A stretch of 17,671 nucleotides of DNA from Gemmatimonadota bacterium. GTDB taxonomy: Bacteria > Gemmatimonadota > Gemmatimonadetes > Gemmatimonadales > GWC2-71-9. Under the pieces are notes generated by a model. The model saw nothing but the letters and a program-made list of their open reading frames with translations. It searched no databases and was not told the DNA's origin. The first letter of the stretch is position 1. Each line of letters begins with the position of its first letter. Location: positions 1 through 17,671 of the forward strand of contig JBDHAB010000053.1 in assembly GCA_039588295.1 (NCBI GenBank). The letters run 5' to 3'. The position numbers were made by a program, and so were the translations under genes. Of this stretch, positions 15,154 to 17,671 are shown piece after piece.

Positions 15154-16422
15154 ATGAATCTGCGGACAAAGCGAACCATCGTACTGATCGGGATCGCGAT
15201 CATACCGGCAACAGCCCCAGCCCAGGTGCCCGACTCCGACACACTGACGGTCTCGGAGGCGGTCGAGCTGGCTCGGTCTGCGAACCCCAGGCTGCTCGGG
15301 GCCCGCCTCCGCGCCGACGCTTCCGCGGAGCGTGTGCCCCAGGCCGGAGCATGGCAGGACCCGATGTTGTCGTTTGGCCTCATGAATCGGCCGGTGGATG
15401 GATTCGGTACCGACCAGCCGATGACGATGAACTCGGTCCAGTTGACGCAGCGGTTCCCATGGCCGGGCAAGCTTGGCTTCGCGAAACAGCGAGCCGAGCG
15501 TCTCGCCTCCGCAGATGTGTTGGACGCGGATGAGCTGGAGCGGCAACTCATCGCGCGTGTCAAGTCGGTCTACTACCAACTTGCCTACATGGACCGCTCA
15601 CTCGACATCATGCGCGAGACGCGGGATCTGCTCCGGAGTTTCCTGGAAGTGTCGTCCACGCTGTATTCCGTCGGCACGGGTCTCCAACAGGATGTGCTTC
15701 AGGCCCAAGTGTCCGTGGCACAAATGACCGAAGACATTACGGTCATGGTGCAGGACCGAGTGGCGATGGCCGCACGGCTCAATGCGCTGTTGGGACGGGA
15801 CGCCACGGTCCTGGTGCCCAGTCTGGACCTACCACTGCCGACCGGGACCCTCCCGCCGGTGGATTCGCTCATCGATCTGGCTGCGGTACTTCGACCAGCC
15901 CTCGCCGCCGCACGCGAACGCGTCCTGGCAGCCGAGGCCGGTTATCGGGCAGCCCGGCGACAACTCTACCCGGACATCACGATCACGCTGGGCTATGGCC
16001 AGCGTCCAGAGTTCGTCGACTTCACAACAGTGATGGTTGGAATCAGCATCCCACTTTTCGCCGGCTCCCGACAACTTCCGTTGCGTCGAGAGATGGAAGC
16101 AATGCAATCCATGGAGCAGGCCAAAGAGCAGGATCTGTATAACGAGACATTTGCCCAGTTGACCGAGTTGCGGGCGCAGGCGGAGCGTGCGCAGAACCTG
16201 TCGGACCTGTACGCCAATGCCGTGCTCCCGCAAGCGCGTGCAGCGGTGGAATCCGCACTCTCAGCATACCGCGTGGGACGAGTCGACTATACCACACTCG
16301 TCGCCAACGAAATGACCGTAAACCGATATGAGATCGAGTCGGTACGGCTCGCTGCCGATTACCAACGGGCGCTGGCCCAGTTGGAGGCGCTGGTGGGTAC
16401 CGACCTCGGAGGTGGCCGATGA
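15154..16422 (+). CDS. TolC-family outer-membrane efflux protein (CusC/CzcC-like)
   Basis: GAGGAG RBS before ATG 15154 and a signal peptide; QAGAWQDPM, LTQRFPWPGKL, VKSVYYQL, YPDITI, ISIPLF and AYRVGRVDY. Confidence 0.92.
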   Translation: MNLRTKRTIVLIGIAIIPATAPAQVPDSDTLTVSEAVELARSANPRLLGARLRADASAERVPQAGAWQDPMLSFGLMNRPVDGFGTDQPMTMNSVQLTQRFPWPGKLGFAKQRAERLASADVLDADELERQLIARVKSVYYQLAYMDRSLDIMRETRDLLRSFLEVSSTLYSVGTGLQQDVLQAQVSVAQMTEDITVMVQDRVAMAARLNALLGRDATVLVPSLDLPLPTGTLPPVDSLIDLAAVLRPALAAARERVLAAEAGYRAARRQLYPDITITLGYGQRPEFVDFTTVMVGISIPLFAGSRQLPLRREMEAMQSMEQAKEQDLYNETFAQLTELRAQAERAQNLSDLYANAVLPQARAAVESALSAYRVGRVDYTTLVANEMTVNRYEIESVRLAADYQRALAQLEALVGTDLGGGR

Positions 16423-17620
16423 AACGGCTTCGATTATTGCTCGTCACGGCGGTAGTACTGCTGCTCGCAGCCTGCGGGGCGGACGAAGCAGATGAGTCCC
16501 CCATGATCGGCATGACCGCTGAGGAGCATGCCCGGATGCAGGCAGGCGGAACCCAGGGCGAGATGGACAGTACAGGCGCCGCTGTACGGCAGCCTGTGCA
16601 TCTCTCCACTGGACAAGGGCGTGCGTTGGGCATCAGGTACACGACCGTGCAGCGAGAGACACTTACCCGGACCATCCGAACCGTCGGTCGCATCGAGCCG
16701 GCCGAGCCACGTATTGCCGATATCACTCCAAAGATCGGCGGCTTCGTCGAAGAACTGTATGTCGACTACACGGGTGAGTCTGTGCGGCGCGGTCAGCCGC
16801 TTCTGACCCTCTACAGCCCGTTGCTGGTGGCGGCCTGGATTCGAGCTCGGGTGAGGCCTGGCGCAACGCCCAGGCGATGCTCGCGGCGGCGCGGCGCCGG
16901 CTCGAGTACTGGGACATCACGGCCGAGCAGATCCAACAGATCGAGCAGACCGGTGAGGTGACGAAGACCCTCACACTCGTGGCACCGTTCACTGGCATCG
17001 TGCTGGAGAAGCACGTGGTGGAGGGGCAGCGGGTCATGGAAGGTATGCAGCTCTACCGACTGGCCGACCTGAGGGAGGTCTGGGTGGAGGGAGACGTGTT
17101 CGAGAAGGACCTGCAGTTCATTCAGGAAGGCGCTCAGGCCCACATCGAGGTGGAGGCTTACCCTGGCGAACACATCATGGGTCGCGTGAGCTTCGTCTAT
17201 CCCACCGTCGATCCGCGGAGTCGTACCAACCGGATGCGCGTGACCGTACGCAACGCCGACATGCGGCTCAAGCCAGGCATGTTCTCCACGATCTACTTCG
17301 ACGCACAAGTCAGCGAAGATGCGTTGGTGATTCCTATGGAGGCAGTTGTAGCGACGGGCGAGCGCAACCTGGTATTCGTGCAGGACGCCGATGGCATGCT
17401 CAACCCGCGCGAGGTCGTGCTTGGCGCGCGGGCGGGCGACAGGGTGGAGGTCCTTCAGGGTCTGGACGACAGCGACGTCATTGTGGCTTCAGGCAACTTC
17501 CTGGTAGACGCCGAGTCGCGGCTTGCGAGCACCGGCGGTGCGATGCCGGGGATGCAACACGGTGCCCCCGGAACAGAAACTGAGCCCGACACTTCCCGTT
17601 CGGAGCACCAGCATGATTAG
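16419..17620 (+). pseudogene. cusB: RND efflux periplasmic adaptor (CusB-like), frameshifted near 16833
   Basis: First frame: lipobox LAAC, then GFVEELYVDYTGESVRRGQPLLTLYSPLLVAA. Second frame resumes LDSSSGEAWRNAQAMLAAARRRL...VSFVYPTVDPRSRT...LKPGM...GNFLVDAESRL. The expected QEE(Y/L)L helix start is missing. Confidence 0.85.
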
Positions 17621-17671
17621 CGCCGTCATCGCGTGGTCGCTTCGTAACCGGTTCCTCGTACTGCTGGCCAC
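17613..17671 (+). CDS. cusA: Heavy-metal RND permease (CusA/CzcA family), 5' end only
   Basis: MISAVIAWSLRNRFLVLLA is the typical CusA N-terminus; it overlaps the adaptor stop and has a GGAG RBS. Confidence 0.85.
   Translation, partial: MISAVIAWSLRNRFLVLLA

Larger units (their letters stand above)
5882..17671. mobile_element. Putative tRNA-integrated genomic island carrying the metal-resistance cluster (right end outside window)
   Basis: The displaced tRNA 3' fragment on the minus strand places the element at higher coordinates, and the cargo is typical accessory content. No integrase in the window. Confidence 0.5.

Noticed and set aside
1..17671. CRISPR array or cas genes
   Set aside because: No regularly spaced repeat-spacer series; the repeats found are two-copy and irregularly spaced.

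Overview
GC-rich bacterial DNA; the gene style suggests a Gemmatimonadota-like organism, but that is only an impression. A tRNA-Pro 3'-half remnant at 5882-5917 (minus strand, followed by a terminator-like hairpin) looks like the att scar of an integrated element and splits the window in two. The left part (1-5880) is an accessory, partly decayed patchwork. It holds the 3' part of a CheR methyltransferase gene, an MBL-fold hydrolase bracketed by a 28-bp direct repeat, and a truncated plus an intact copy of a small GIY-YIG-like gene. It also holds a frameshifted ECF sigma factor, a TPR + LA2681-type HEPN gene interrupted by a single in-frame TGA, a putative nuclease fragment and an IS5 (IS903-group) transposase fragment. 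A second 33-bp repeat occurs at 720 and 3531. The right part (5918-17671) is a copper/heavy-metal envelope-stress cluster: non-canonical PII protein, YHS/ArsR fragments, a 53-aa YHS protein missed by the ORF track, a hypothetical protein, an EamA transporter, an orphan Rieske protein, TlpA, a sigma54-dependent two-component system, a Met/His-rich Spy/CpxP-like periplasmic protein and a CusCBA-like operon (cusB-like gene frameshifted, cusA-like gene running off the window). Candidate sigma54 -24/-12 promoters precede most of these transcription units. All family calls come from motifs recognised by eye; no database searches were run.
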